Source: Narcine bancroftii (Eukaryota). From it: a stretch of 64,000 nucleotides of DNA. Below the pieces are notes generated by a model, which did not search any database, had not been told where the DNA came from, and was given only the letters and a program-made list of their open reading frames with translations. The DNA lies in the NCBI RefSeq assembly GCF_036971445.1, contig NC_091471.1:232500001-232564000 (forward strand). The letters run 5' to 3'. How positions within the stretch are numbered: the stretch's first letter is position 1; the number at the start of each line of letters is the position of its first letter. Made by a program: the position numbers and the translations under genes. Positions 34,301-60,300 of this stretch are shown here, in pieces.

Positions 34301-37143
34301 ACCGGCAGCTCCTTCAGCAGGTAGCGACAGCTCTTCTGTTGTGGGGGTGGGGGGGGGGGGGGGGGGAAGGGGAGGAGGGGTTTAAATTTGGTCCCCGTTC
34401 CTACAGACCCAGACATCCCTCCCCCCATCATCACCTTCAACACCATCCTGTCCCCTCTTTTTCTTAATCACTCATTTATCACCACACCCCTCCTCCATCT
34501 CCTCCCCTTGTCCCATCATCCCCCCTCACTTCACCTACCCCCTCGCCTCCCCTGCCCTCCTGCTCATTCCCTCCTTGCATGTCCCCTTTGTACTCCTTTC
34601 AGCCCCTCCGTACCTCACCTCCTCCTTCACTTGCTCCCTTCCCCCCCATGTCTTCCCCACTGCCCCTCCCCTCGCAAACATCCCCCACCCCTCAAAACTC
34701 CCTCTGCTCTCTCCCTCCACATCCCTCTTTTGTGTACCCCCCTTCTAACCTCAATAATTCTCTGGTCACACTGAATATTCATCCCTCCTCTCTCTCTTCA
34801 ACCTCACACATTTCACAAACGTGCACTTCATTCCTCGCTCCCCTGCCCCACCCTCTCCCAGGTACCTACAAGTAAATGGGATCCATCCGGGGATTTTCCA
34901 GCGTAGAGCATCGTGGTAGGAGTCAGACGCACAGAGGCCTGTGGGGAGAGAGGCACAGCGGGGAAGATCCCATCAAGGTTGGGACACACCTTGGGAACGG
35001 TGGGGAGTGTCGATGGATGGAGGGATCTTGGGGTACAAGGGAGGGATATGGTGAATGGAGGGGAGTGTCGAGAGATGGAGGGGCCTCGGGGTATGAGGGT
35101 GGGTCACGATGAATGGTGGGGAGTGTTGAGAGATGGAGGGACCTCGGGGTATGAGGGTGGGTCACGATGAACAGTGGGGATGGATGAGGGATATCGGGTA
35201 GGAGGGTGGGACACAGTGAATGGCAGAGAATGTCAGAGACGAACGGACCTAGGGGTATTAGGGTGCAACACAGGGAGTATCAGAGACGGACAGACCTCAG
35301 GGTACGAGGGTGGGATGCGGGGAGTGTCAGAGATGTCGGATGGAGGGATCTCGGGTTAAGAAGGTAGGACACTCTCCATCAGGTCTGCCCTTCCATTCCA
35401 TCACAGCCAATTTATTGACCATTTCTACCCCATTCTCCTGCCTTCTCCCCCCAACCTTCAATTCCTATCCTGATCAAGAACCTCTCAACCTCTGCCTTCT
35501 TTTTACCCAATGATTTGGCCTCCACAGCTCTCCATGACAAGGAATTCCTACAAATTCCTCCTCCTCTCCTTTCCAAAGGGACTTTTTTTGAAAATTTATT
35601 TGGAGGCTATGCCCTCTGGTCCAGACACCCCCTCCAGAGGATACACCCTCCCCACATCCACTCTACGCAAATGTGATGGGATATTTGGAGATGTATTTGG
35701 GAGATAAATTGGTAAAATTAGAGTAGGTTACATACATACACACACTTTAAAACAGATCTTATTTGAAATACTGAAGAATTCATATTCAGTGACTTTACAG
35801 AAACTATGGAGAATGCTATGCACATTTCACAAGTAGGTGCAAATTGAAATGATGTCATGAAATGAATAGAACATTGTCTTGGAAGAACAACCAGAGTCAG
35901 GTTGTCTGTTTTGGACCTTTTTGCAAGGCTTTTGACCTCTTTGCAAAGTGCTCTCAAAGGCCATTGAGAGGTTTGTTTACCTAAAACAACAGATGGGAGC
36001 AGAAGACCAACTCCTATTGTTTGCTGGAGAAGGAGGGGGTTTTGCAAGTGAGAGAGAGAGAAGGACATGTGGCTGGCAGTTGGAATCTCAGAGGGAGAGA
36101 GAGACATACAGCTGAAACAAGAAAGGAGAAGCTTGTTGGAACTGAAACAGAAGCTCCAGAGCGGCAAGTTTCATCAGCAAGACACTGAGGTGACTAATGG
36201 TGGTACCTCACTTGCGGAAATCCTGGAACAACACATTTCTCTCTGAAAATCCTACGAGAAGTTTCCTGAGTGGTAAACATTTACCTTTCGAGTACCAAAG
36301 CCTGGTGAACTTTATATACATTAAATTCTGTGTACAGTATAAGAATTGCCTGCAACCAGTGAACTTAGAAGAATGAGAAGTGAGATTGAACTGTGAACCA
36401 AAGAATTTTTCGTAAATTTACACACACATCATACATGAAATTAAACACACTGAAATGTTATGACGTATACAGTAAAAGTCCGTGGTACACTATCCACACA
36501 TGCTCTGGGAATTCAGGAGTCTGATAGTTTGGGGTGGGGGGGGTGGAAACTGTGTGAGTGACAATCTGAGTGCTGCAGTACCTCCTACCAGATGCATGCG
36601 GTGGGTTGCTGGAGACCACTGTCGCGAGACTTGCGCTGGGGCTGCAGACTGGCTCAAAACTAGCTGAAGGGGTGCGAGGACGTTAGAACCGGAATGCCAG
36701 GAAGTGTCGAGGGAGCCGAAAGGTTCCTGGCCGTGTCAGAGGTTCGGATCTGGATCTCGGGTTGCCAATGGATCTCTGTGTGGCTACGTCCGGGGGACTT
36801 TCTTTTGCTTCTCTTCCTCTCTAACTGTAAGAGAAGCTTAGACAGTTCCTGCCAGTGGCGATTCTGGGCGCCTTGCAGCAGACAAGAAGAAACTTCATGC
36901 AAAACGACACGGTTTTATTAATTCAACAATAAATTGAATCTTGAATTTTACCTTCTCGGCTGCGGCATCAATGGCAGTCTGGTTGTAGAATGTGCTGACT
37001 GCCTTGGAGCGTTCCTTGGTCATCTCGTGGTGGTGATGGTGGTAGTGATCGCTGGCTGAAGTGGACCTCCACCTGGCCTGGGTGGAGGGCAGAGTGGTCC
37101 ATCTCCAAGCCCAGGCCCTTCTCAAGCCGCAAGCCGCCAGCAT
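31369..37143 (-). CDS. BCKDK: Branched-chain ketoacid dehydrogenase kinase, first 6 coding exons; 3' part lost in the gap
   Basis: Exons 37143-36952 (MLAACGLRR...RSTSASD...[13 protein letters not shown]), 34938-34870 ([23 protein letters not shown]), 34335-34225 ([15 protein letters not shown]...LGCNPTIL), 33588-33541 ([11 protein letters not shown]), 32214-32095 ([15 protein letters not shown]), 31449 to the gap ([16 protein letters not shown], with a 1-nt deletion). Confidence 0.92.
31490..32000. repeat. Degenerate minisatellite in BCKDK intron
   Basis: Repeated TGTTCCTGCCCTGGACGGTCTGCGCTCCCCCAGAGACA-like units. Confidence 0.65.
32360..33510. repeat. Two abutting G-run tandem repeats (~20-bp GnAGCGCG5CC, then ~16-bp G4AGCG6-7AC)
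   Basis: Directly visible; almost entirely G/C, with G-runs of 4-9 or more. Confidence 0.95.
35672..36435. mobile_element. Possible LTR-like insertion next to a minus-strand CR1 3' fragment (35370-35670)
   Basis: Abrupt AT-rich block starting TGTGATG and ending CATCATACA (TG...CA). No target-site duplication seen. Confidence 0.3.
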
Positions 37144-37915
37144 CTTGCAGCCCACCCAACTCTACACCAACCCAATTGCACTCAAACCCCCTCAAGGTTG
37201 GGAGAAACTCTCGTCAGTTTAGAGTGCAAATTCTCTTAAAGTTGGTTTATAATACAGAGCAAAACACTCTGCAGGCAAGGTTCTTCCATCATGGTCGTCA
37301 AGAGGACGCGCCTCACGGCCTGGGTCCAAGAACAGGGTCACCTGACGAGGTTCAGCACCCAATGGTCAAGGACGCCATCTTGAATGTCCCCTTACCCTTG
37401 GCGTGCTTCTGACGTCACGCGTCGCGCCGGCGGCACTCGATCGACGACCCAGTGGCGGGGTTTCGAAAGTGGAGCAGCAGGCAGAAGAGCGGGAGACCTT
37501 GGGTGAGGGGGGATTGAGGCCAATAGGCTCGCGAGAGAGAGTTTGCGGCAGATCGGTCAGGGCCTCTAGCCAATCACGAGTCGTGGAGCGTTGAGTGGCA
37601 GGACATGGGGACCACTCAGAGTAGCGAAGAGCGTCGAGCCCCGCCAATCTAGGCGGGAACCGAGGCCAGCGACGGACAAACAAGTCTTCAGCAGACAGAG
37701 GTGTGCCTTGACGAGAAGAGGACCAATCGTGGCTCCGGTCGTACTGAGTGGCAAGAGGGATGGACCAATTAGATTTGGAAATCAGGAGATTGGCAAGTTG
37801 ACAGACAACCAATCGGAGGAGAGGGCGGGAGTCCCGAAATTGACTGACGTCCCGGCGCCAGTCTGACGTTGTCCCGCTAGCGTCAGGCTCCCTGCCGCGC
37901 AGGCGCCGTGCAGCG
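37144..37915. promoter_or_regulatory. Bidirectional CpG-island promoter shared by BCKDK and KAT8
   Basis: Divergent ATGs 772 bp apart. YY1-like CGCCATCTT (~37374), full CRE TGACGTCA (37410), CCAAT boxes (~37520, 37570, 37643, 37723, 37765, 37809), half-CREs (37845, 37864) and another TGACGTCA at 38185. Confidence 0.75.
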
Positions 37916-50306
<12,391 letters not shown>

Positions 50307-50608
50307 GGAGCGGTCAGAGATGAGGTTATCGCTGTGCAGGATCCCCTTGCTCGGGGAAAGCCCACGGCCCCCAGGCGCCGTGGTTACCCTTACACCCAGG
50401 TCTGTGGGAGGAGGGCTGCGGACAGGGTGGCTCTCCACGAGGACTGGCTTCAAGCTCTTGCTCCATCCCCTCATTCTGATTTCCCTTCCACCGGTTTTTA
50501 CACATTTCACCTTCCCCATTCCATCTTGTCTGTTGTCCCTGCTCCCCCCTTTTCCTTTTGACCCCTCCCCTTCCTCTCTGCTGCCTCCCCAAACCCACCT
50601 GCTCTGAC

Positions 50609-50614
50609 AATAAA
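50609..50614 (+). terminator. KAT8 polyadenylation signal AATAAA
   Basis: AATAAA ~300 nt after the KAT8 stop. Confidence 0.7.
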
Positions 50615-52329
50615 CGGGGTCGATTTATTTAAAGTCTCGTCACCTGAGTCCAGGTCTCAATGTCCTGTAGATGCAGATTGGGGGAGAAATGGACTGGGTC
50701 ACTGCTCCACAGCCATGTTGTTATCTGGGGATGGAGGCCACAGATCCCTCCACTACGCAGTAATACCTGTGAGAGGGAGTGTGTGACTGGAAAAGGAGCT
50801 TCACTGTGTCCAACCTCGGAGTGTGACGGGGAAGGGGGTGGTGGAGCTTCACTCTGTTGACTTTAAAAAAGTTTTTATTGATCCAAGCCAAACAGCAATT
50901 ATTACAAAAATTTAAATACAAACTATTCAGAATGTGATGTCAGATTAAAATATGATCATCTCCATTCGTTCCTGGACACTGCCCAAGGTGCCCATATGCC
51001 CTGAGCCTTCTCCAGGGATAAATGGGTACGAGTGTCCGATGGCCAGACCAACGAGGACAACCCTTGCCCGACTCCCTCAGCCCCAGCTAAGGGGAGCAAC
51101 CCCTTCAAGCATTAAGCAAAGGCTGCACTCTTGCATGTGACAGGCAGCTGGTGAGTCTGTGACCTGACCCAACTCGACAGGACACTATCATCCCACCTTT
51201 ACCTGTGTGTTTTGGATGGTTATAGTTGGGGACAAGCATCACCACCTCATTCTCACCTTCCAGGGATGAGATAGAATTCCTGACCACAGGGGTTGTTGAA
51301 GTCACCAGCCCAGTGGGACCCCTATAGGGACCAGGCCTTTCGGAAGACGGGGTCTGACATAGTCACTAAACACTGATCAGACCACAGTGTAAAACCCACA
51401 ACAGGAGAGGGCGTAGCTCATGTTAACCCCAAGCCACACCAACTCATTCCTCAACAGAGACCACCATGTCAAAACCAAAGTGGGTCCTTAATCCAGATGA
51501 AAAAAGAGCATTGAACAGAAACCACCAGTATACTTCGCCAACGGTCTCCCTGGCAATCAGCCAAAGCCTCCCGAACTCCTCGAAGGCCAGACTAAAGCTC
51601 GCAGGCCATTGAGACGTCACCAAAAAGTCAATGACAACAGTGTGCTGAGGTGATCAATGATGAAGCAGTGAAGCTGCTGATTGAACAGGCGACAGGAGTT
51701 CAGTAGTGAAAGCCAGAGAATTGATCCAACGGCTTAGTCAGTGATAGCTCAATGCCCAGTTGGCAGTACCCCACATGCCCACCCACCTACCTTGGTATTC
51801 CCAAAACACCCCCAGCCACCTCAGTACCCAGGTACCACCAGAACCCACCCACCCCAGTTCCCCCAGAACCTACACACACCCCCAGCCCAGTACCTCAATA
51901 CACAACTCAGAACCCCCAAAAAGTAAACACCCAGACCACACAAGATATAATCTTTCATGTTTAAATTGTTTATTTTTCTCCCTGATCATAGTGATGGCAA
52001 TTATTTCACCCTGTTCCACCTACCCCGGGAGTGTGTGTTTCGGGACGGGGGAGGGGGAGCTTCACTCTGTGTCCCACCTCAGGTGTGTGTCACAGGACGG
52101 GGGGGGGGGGGTGTGGTGTGAGGGAGTTTCACTGTGTCCTCCCTGCTGTCTCGTTCCATTTATTCTATGTGGAGACACCAGTGAACGCTGTCATCTGGCA
52201 GGCTGGAATCTATGTCTGGACTGGATTCAGCTTGCCCACCAGAAGGGTCAGTATCGACCAGGGCATGGTGGGCGGATGATGGAGAAGGCTTTCAGATATT
52301 GAGCCAGCGTCAACAATGCCTGCTTCAGT

Positions 52330-53690
52330 CAGGAAACAAGCACAGAGTCGTGAGAAGTTAAGGAAAACAAGCAGAGAGGCAATGGAACCTCTACACATTA
52401 AAAAGGAGGAAGAGCTTGCTGCTTTAAAGCAAATGAGGATGGATAAATCCCCAGGGTCTGACAAGATATTCCCTCGGACCTTGAGGGAGGCTCTGTAGAA
52501 TTTGCGAAAGGAGTTCTAGGAGATTGGATATGTAAGTATTTAGATAGTCAGGGATTGATTGGGAATAGTCAACGTGGCTTTGTGCACGAAAGATCATGTT
52601 TAACCAATCTTACAGAGTTGTTCGAGCAGGTTACTAGGAAAGTTGATGAAGGAAAGGCTGTGGATCTTGTCTAGGTCCCACATGGGAGGTTAGTCAGAAA
52701 GTTCAGACACTGGTATTCATGGTGAAGTAGTGAAATGGATTGACAATGGCTGGATGGGCGAAGCCAGAGAGTAGTGTTGGATGGTTGCTTCTCAGACTGC
52801 AGGCCCATGACGAGTGGTGTGTCATCTACATCAATGATATGGATGATAATGTGGTGAATTGGATTAGCAGGTTTGCAGATGAAACTAAGATTCGAGGCGT
52901 TGTGGACAGTAAGGAAGGTTTTCAAAGTTTGCAGAGAGATCTGGACCAGCTGGAAAATAGGCTGATAAATGGCTGCTAGAATTTAATGCAGATAAGTATG
53001 AGTTGTTGCATTTTGGAAGGACAAACCGAGAAAGGATGTCCACGGTAAACGGTCGAGCACTGAGGAGTGAGGTAGAACAGAGGGATCTGGGAAAACAGAA
53101 ACAAGTGGATTGGGTTGTAAAAAGAGGTTTTGGCGCATTGGCCTTCAGGAGTACAGGAGTTGGGATGTTATGGTAAAGTTGTATAAGACATTGGTGAGGC
53201 CAGATTTGGGGCATTGTGTGCAGTTTTAGTCACTGAACTACAGGAAAGATCTCAATAAGATAGCAAAAGTGAAAATTTACTAGGATGTTGCCCAGATTTC
53301 AGGAACTGAGTTACAGGGAAAGAAAGGTTCAACAGGTTGACTTTATTCCCTGGTGCATAGAAGAATGAGGGGAGATTTGATCAAGGTGTTTAAAATCAAG
53401 AGGGGGACAGAGAGTAAATGTAGGTCGGCTTTTTCCATTGAGGGTGGGTCAGATACAAACCAGAGGACATGGGTTAAGGGAGAAAGGCAAAGTTTAGGGA
53501 GAATTTCTTCATATAGAGAGGGTGGGGGTGTGGAACAGGTTTAAGTGGTGAATGCAGGCTCAGTTTGAACGTTAAAGAAAATTTTGGACAAGTATACGGA
53601 TGGAGAGGGATGGACTGGGTGCAGGGTCAGTGGGAAAAGGAATAGGCACAGACCAGAAGGGCTGAAAGGGCCTGTTTCTGTTCTATGGTT
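52330..53690 (+). mobile_element. Degenerate CR1 LINE, RT and 3' half
   Basis: DKSPGSDKIFPRTLRE, IYINDMD..NWISRFADETKI, RRMRGDLIKVFKI. Confidence 0.88.
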
Positions 53691-54344
53691 GTTATTACTT
53701 CCAGCACCTTCTCCCCCACCCCCCCCCCCCCCCCGGTTCAAATCTCCATCGTACACAGCTGGAGAGCCTGGGTGGGCCAGATGTTCCGTCTGGGTGTGGC
53801 AAGGGTGGGGAGGTTAATCACCCATGTCCCTGCAGTGAGGAGGGGTAGGGAGCAGTGGAAGGAGGAGTGGTTGGGAGAGGGCAAAGGAAGTAGGAGGGAT
53901 GGAGATAGGAAGGGGAAGGACAGGAGGGTGTAGTAGTCAGGAGAGGAGGAAGGAAGGAGCAGAAGGGTGGGAGGTGTTAGGGATTGGGAGTAAAATAGGA
54001 AAAGAGGAGGGAGATTGGGATGTGGTCGGATGTGGGGGAGGGGGGGAGAAAGTGGCAGGGAGTGGGGGAAGGAGGTGGAGAGGGGTAGGGAGCCAGGATA
54101 GGAGGAGAGCGAGGGACCAGAACACTGTTACCTTGCAGCAGAAGTCACAAGGGGAATTAAAACAGTCGGAGGTTTAATGTGAACATTTGTGAAAATACAA
54201 ATTAAAATCCAAGGAATACAAAACGAAAGTTCCTCTCACCACCGTAACAACTGTCACAGTCGGGCACAAGTCAACACAGAAACTGGAGACAAAATAAAAA
54301 ACAAGCGGTAGAAATCCCATGGTCCCACTGAATATGTACACAAT

Positions 54345-57300
54345 CTAGTAGGGTCGCTCTCTTCGGTCTTGTCTGTGGTCTCCCCTGGATGAGGGGGGAG
54401 GGTGGGCGAGGAGGGAATGGGTGAGAGAGAAGAGGTGGAGCAGGGGAGTGGGGGGAAAAGGGGGAGTGAGAATAGGGGAAAGGGGAGAGAGAAACTAGCA
54501 TTAAAACTGCAGCAAGACAAAGGCCAACTGACCCTGACATCTTGGGGAACCCCGGGCGAATGGGAAGGGTCACGGTCCGCCTGAGCATGCAGTCTAGGGT
54601 CCCGGGAAACACAAAATTGGGAGTTCAACCCCTCAATCGTGGCCTTACCTGGAGTCCATCTTGCCGGATCCCATGCCGTAGCCTCCCCGATCACCCCCTC
54701 TGCTCCGGAAACTCCCTCTGTCACCGCCGCGTCCACGGAATCCTCCGCGGTCAAAGTTGCTGCGGCTGCCACGCTCTCCACCCCCATATCCACCTGTGCG
54801 GGGAGATACAGAGTGAAGACCCTCCTCACCGCCGTCACACCCTCTGGTCTCTCTCCCACCACATTCCCCTCCACTCCATGTCACACCTCCCCCCTCCCGT
54901 CACATTCCCGGGGTTGGAGTGTCACATGCCGGGCGGGGGGGGGGGGGGGGAAGAACAACAAGAGTGAAGTCCCCTCTCCCCCAGTCCTGGATCACACACT
55001 CCTGGGGTGGGACCCAGAGTGAAGATCCCTCTCCCTCCCCATCCCATCACACATTCCCAGGGTGGGACAGTGAAGCCCCCGACCCGCTGACACTCACCCA
55101 TTTGAGGAGGCCCCCCTCCTCCTTCTGGTTTCGGGGATTTGCATTGGTTACACTCGTTCCTCCAGGAGAAGTTGATGTTGCCGCAGGTTCTGATCCCGGG
55201 AGCAGAGGGGGAGAAGAGAACATCTATGAGGCTGCTATCAAACCAGCTCGCTCACCCACAAGTCTGTCTAATCTCAGTGCCCAGGCCCCTTCCCCCAGGT
55301 GGCTCTGCCCCTCACCGACTCTCCCCTATTGTGTGGACAGGCCCTTTGGACCCACTCATCCCTGTCCTGTATTCATCCTCATTCCTCTGAACCATTTGCG
55401 TCCCAATCCTGGAGTCCACCCCACCCAGTCCTCGTCCCCAGAACCTCAGGAGGATTCCCGGTCTCCTCCCAGACCCATCTCCCAGTATAGGGGGAATTCC
55501 TGGACCCCACCCGAGCCCCGTACAGTTCCACTCACGGGTTAGTGCACTTCCAGTCTCCTGCTCTCTGCTGCCCGCCGCCGCCGCCACCTCCTCCTCCACC
55601 AGAGAACCCACCGCGAGGTCCCCCCCCGTATCCACCACGGCCCATCGGAGCTGCAGGGCAGGGAGAGAGACACACAGATGTGTGGGTGAGGGGTGGAGGG
55701 GACGTGGAGAGAGAGAGGGAAGAAACAAATGCAGTTAGTGTGGCATATAAACCTTGGAGACAAACTGAACTTGGAAACTGGACAGAGAAACGTGGGGCGG
55801 GAGGGAGGAAAGAGGGGGACGGAGAGAACTGGGGGGGGAAGGGGTGTCAGAGAGAACTGGGGGAGGGGAGAGGGGGACGCCGACAACTGGGGGGGGAAGA
55901 GGGGGACGCGGAGAACTGGGGGAAGAGGGGGACGGAGAGAACTGAGGGAGGTTACAAATGACAAACACACCTCCCCCTCCACCCTGGGGACAAGCAGACA
56001 CTCACCTCCGCGACCTCCACCTCGACCCCCTCCACCCCTCATGCCTCCACGGTTGAACTCGGTCCTCCTAGTGGCAAAGGACACCTTGATTGGGTGACCA
56101 TTGAAATCCTTCCCTGGAGAGTAGAAGAGAATGAGGTGAACCCCCACTTCCTTTCAATGCTGCGGGCTGCGGACCCCAGCAACCTCAGACAGCCCGACCT
56201 GGGACCACCCACCTTGTCCTGTGGTCCAGTTCCAATCCCCCAGACGTCCCCTGGGTCATACCCTGTTCCCCCAGACACAACCCCGTCAGACCCCAAACAT
56301 ATCCATGAGCCCAAGCCCCTCCCCCCACTGCAAGTTGGACCCCTATCTCCCAGACACCCTCCAGGTCAGCGCCTGAACTGGGGACCGCCACCCAGCTCAC
56401 CGTCGAACCAGTCGATAGCAGCCTTGGCAGAGGGGGGGTCGTCGAAGGAAACAGTGGCCTCCCCCTTCAGCTTCCCAGTCTCGCGGTCCGTGTACAGGTT
56501 GATCATCGGCTGCCCTGTCCGCTTGTTCATCTGCAGGGAGATTAGAACATAGTGCAACACTGGATAGCGCACCATAAACACCCCTACATCCCACCGCAAT
56601 TTAGTCTTGAGAACCAGGAATGGTGGGGACAGCAATGGAGGGGTGGACAGGGGAGTGGCAACTACCCCCCAGATCTCACCTTGATCACTCCGATCTGCTT
56701 GAAGTATTCAGCAACGGTGTCGACAGTCACATTCTCGCCCAGCCCCTGGACAAAGATGGTGTTGTTGTCAGAGTTGTCCTGGTCTGATCCTGCAAGAGTG
56801 GGGAGAGGGTGAGCCATCTAGTCTGTGCGGGAGGTGGGCTGACAATCTTGTTTCACCCCACCAGTCACCCATCTCCCTGCCTCAACCAACACCTCATGCC
56901 ACATCCCGCGCAGCCTGTCCCCCTCTTCCCTCTCCCCACAGAGAGCAGTGGAGGGACTCTCCTACCTGAGTTTGAGGCTCCTGGCCCTTGCTCCCGAGGA
57001 CCTTTGGTTGGAAAAACAAAAGGAAAGAAGAGGGAGAGATTTAACGCCTGGCCCAAGAAACCCCGTCTCCTCCCTGTGCCACCCCCACCTCCCCCACGCT
57101 GGGCAGGGCAGAGGCGCCATACTAGGTGCCGAGGTCCAATGTTGGCGCATGTGCTTCCTGGGACAAGAGAGCGTGTACAACCAAACTCCTGTGTGCGTGT
57201 GTGTACCTCTGTATCTCCTCGCCAGCCAACACCAGACCTGCCTCATCGAACTCTGCCTTTCACCGGGCTGGGGGTGTTGTGTGCAAATACTTTTGCCTTA

Positions 57301-60300
57301 ATCAGAGGTTCTTTCCGTTCAGAAGACACTGTTCTCTTTTGCCGAGTATTCACGGCCTTCACTCCTTGATCGGTAGGTAACCGGCCACGGGTTGGTAACC
57401 GGCCACGGGTTGGTAACCGGCCACGGGTTGGACTCTGCTCACCCTGCCTAGGGCACAGAGATGAGCTTCTGGCCTCTGCCAACCACAGCCACACCATGTA
57501 CATCCTGTTGACGCTCAAGCTGAGACCACGTGCACTGGCACAACCTTTGGGGACAGGCGTTAAGAGGTACTGAGCAAGGCTGGTGGCAGGACATGGATCA
57601 GTGTTTCGGTGGGTGGGGTAAGGTGGGCACCTAGCGGTTGACGGCAGAAGCACGGGGGCGACTGGGAACCACTTCCTGAGCAGGAGCGCAGGCCGCACCG
57701 CACATGCCCAACATTGGTACATCACTCGTCCCAAGCAGACACGGGGGGAGTCCGTGTACACACATGCATGTATTGACGGGGATGGGGGTGTGTGTGAGGC
57801 AGTAGATAGGGGGAGGGAAGAGTGATGGGGTAAAGAGATGAGGGAAAGGAGAACGAGAAAGGAGTAAGGTGGGGAGGGACAGGAAGAATGGGGAGGAAAA
57901 AGAACAGAGGGGAGGGTGGGGCTGAGGGGGAGAAGATCCAGCAAAGGAGAGAAGGGGTGGCAAAGACAGGTGGGGACGATGAGAGAGGGTGGTGGGGAGG
58001 ATGAGAGGGTTGGAGGAGTGGAGAAGATAAGGGTTAGGAGGGGAGAAGATGGGGAAGGCAGAGAAGTGAGGAGGATGAGAAAAAGAGGCAGGGAAGAGGA
58101 AAGGGGGGGGGGGGTGGCAGAGAGAGGCAGGGAGGACAAAGAGGTGGGAAAAGAGGGAAAGAGCGCAAGAAATATACATATAGACCAGATCTTTCTCCTA
58201 AATTAACCACAAGGATTCGAGAGTAATGAGTGCATCAAAACATTCAGATATCAGTGTTGTCACCTGCATGCCCCCTTCGTGGAACACAGTTTTCAGACCC
58301 AAACGACCATAAAATATCCGTATTATAGAAGTAGGAAATACCAGACATGGCAGTGTTTTTAAACCAACTCACACCACCACTATATCTTAGCTTTGTTTGT
58401 TTTCACCAGTGTTCATTTTCATGCATACCAGTAACCCATTCCTCACCAGAGGTTGTAATTTACTCATTAACCCATTCCTCACCAAACAGTTATAATTTAC
58501 TCATTAACCCAATCCTCACCAGAGGTCATTACTCATTAACCCATTCCTCACCAGAGGTCATTATTTACTCATTAACCCATTCATCACCAGAGATCATTAT
58601 TTACTCATTAACCCATTCCTCACCTCCCAGTTATTTTATTTTGTGGGCGGGGGAGGCAGGTTTCAAGAATGAACTCTGTTCACAGGAGACACACTGAGAT
58701 AACTCCCTCTCCCAATCTGTAGCAGTACACAACCCCATCCTCTCCCCGTCCCTTCCTCCCCCCTCCCTCTCCCACTGAAGCCTTCAACAGCGGGTTGCAT
58801 GGACATCACATACTATTAAAACACAATGAACGCTTTCAACTTTTTTTTTCAGTTTCTCTGGCTTTTTTTGTTTTAACTCTTCACTTACCACCAAATTTAT
58901 TGAATGTTCCTCGTTCACCACCGCTGAGAAGACAAATTTGAAGAATTTGAAGCTTTTCCACGTGTGTGTGTGTGTGTGTGTGAGTGAGAATGTGTGTGAA
59001 TTTAAGCCTATGATATACAGATATAGATATATATGTAATACACCTTTTTTAAAAAAACCAGACCTTTTTGTTTTAAAACAACACTGGTATTGCAAACCAA
59101 CTCTTTGTAGTTTATACTGGAATTTCCTCCACATTTACCAGAAAAGCTTTAAAGTGCCCAAAATTGCACCGTGTACACCCTGGTACCAAACTTCGTATAG
59201 AAACATTCACAACCTACGCTGAGCCAATTTTTTTTAAACCATTAACACCTCACCACACAGTTTTGCTTTCTCGTGGAGAAAAATGTACAAAAAAAAAGAT
59301 AAATGCAGGACCCATTTCGTAGGCAAGAGATGCGACTTTGTGGTGGAGGCACCTCCTGGCCCATGACTTAACACACACAGTTTGCTAGGCAGAGCTTTTT
59401 TTTAAAAAAATGTTGCTTACAAGACATCGATCCGTTAACCATTAAACGGCTGAACAGGCTATGTAACAAACTTATTTTTTGGGGGGGGGGGTGGGGAGTG
59501 TGTACAACATGCAGCTCTCTCTGACTAAATATATTTAAGAAGAAAAAAACCAGCAGAACCAAAACAAAAGGACTTGGTTATGTAAACTAGTGTGGAGGGG
59601 GTGTAGAAGTGATACAAGTTCATTTCACTTTGAAACCTGTGGCACAAAATTGCAGAATTTGTTAACATCATAACAGCAGACAAGTCATTTCAAAGTGTTT
59701 CATCTCAAAGAAATACACACCTTTATAAATTGTACCTGGCAGCCCGGGAATACTCACCAGCCGCCCACACAGCACCAGATGGCAGGCAAGTGCTGTGGGT
59801 GCAGGGAGCAGCAGGTCGCACATGCCCAGAGCTGACCTTTAACAGGACGGGGGTGGGGGGAGGGCTGCTATGACGCACATGCACACACGCGCTGGCTGCG
59901 CGGAGCTGTGGGATGGGAGCCAATTCCCAGCCCTCCCCTTCCTCCCCCACCCTGCCCTCCCCAAAATCCCAGCCCAACCATCGTATTTTAGACAGACACA
60001 TATATATATAATTATATATACACACACACACGTATAAAGAAAGCACCAGCGACACCACCTTCAGTTGATTTGAGATAAACACACTGCTCTCTCTGCACTG
60101 CGAAGGTTAGTGCACACACAGGAGATTGGACCATTGTTCAGATCCTGACCACGGCAAGGGGAAGGGGCTCCACATCGGAGACCCCGCCGCGGGATGACTG
60201 GCGGAAGCGTTTGGTTCACACAGCAGAATGAGAGGTACCCCCCCCCAACCCTGTCAGTCCATGTGATCAACTCCAACACCCTCCCCCCACGGCCACACCT

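Noticed and set aside
50960-51650. Possible Tx1/L1 fragment or small gene between KAT8 and FUS
   Set aside because: Too degenerate to assign; no spliceable ORF or convincing motif.
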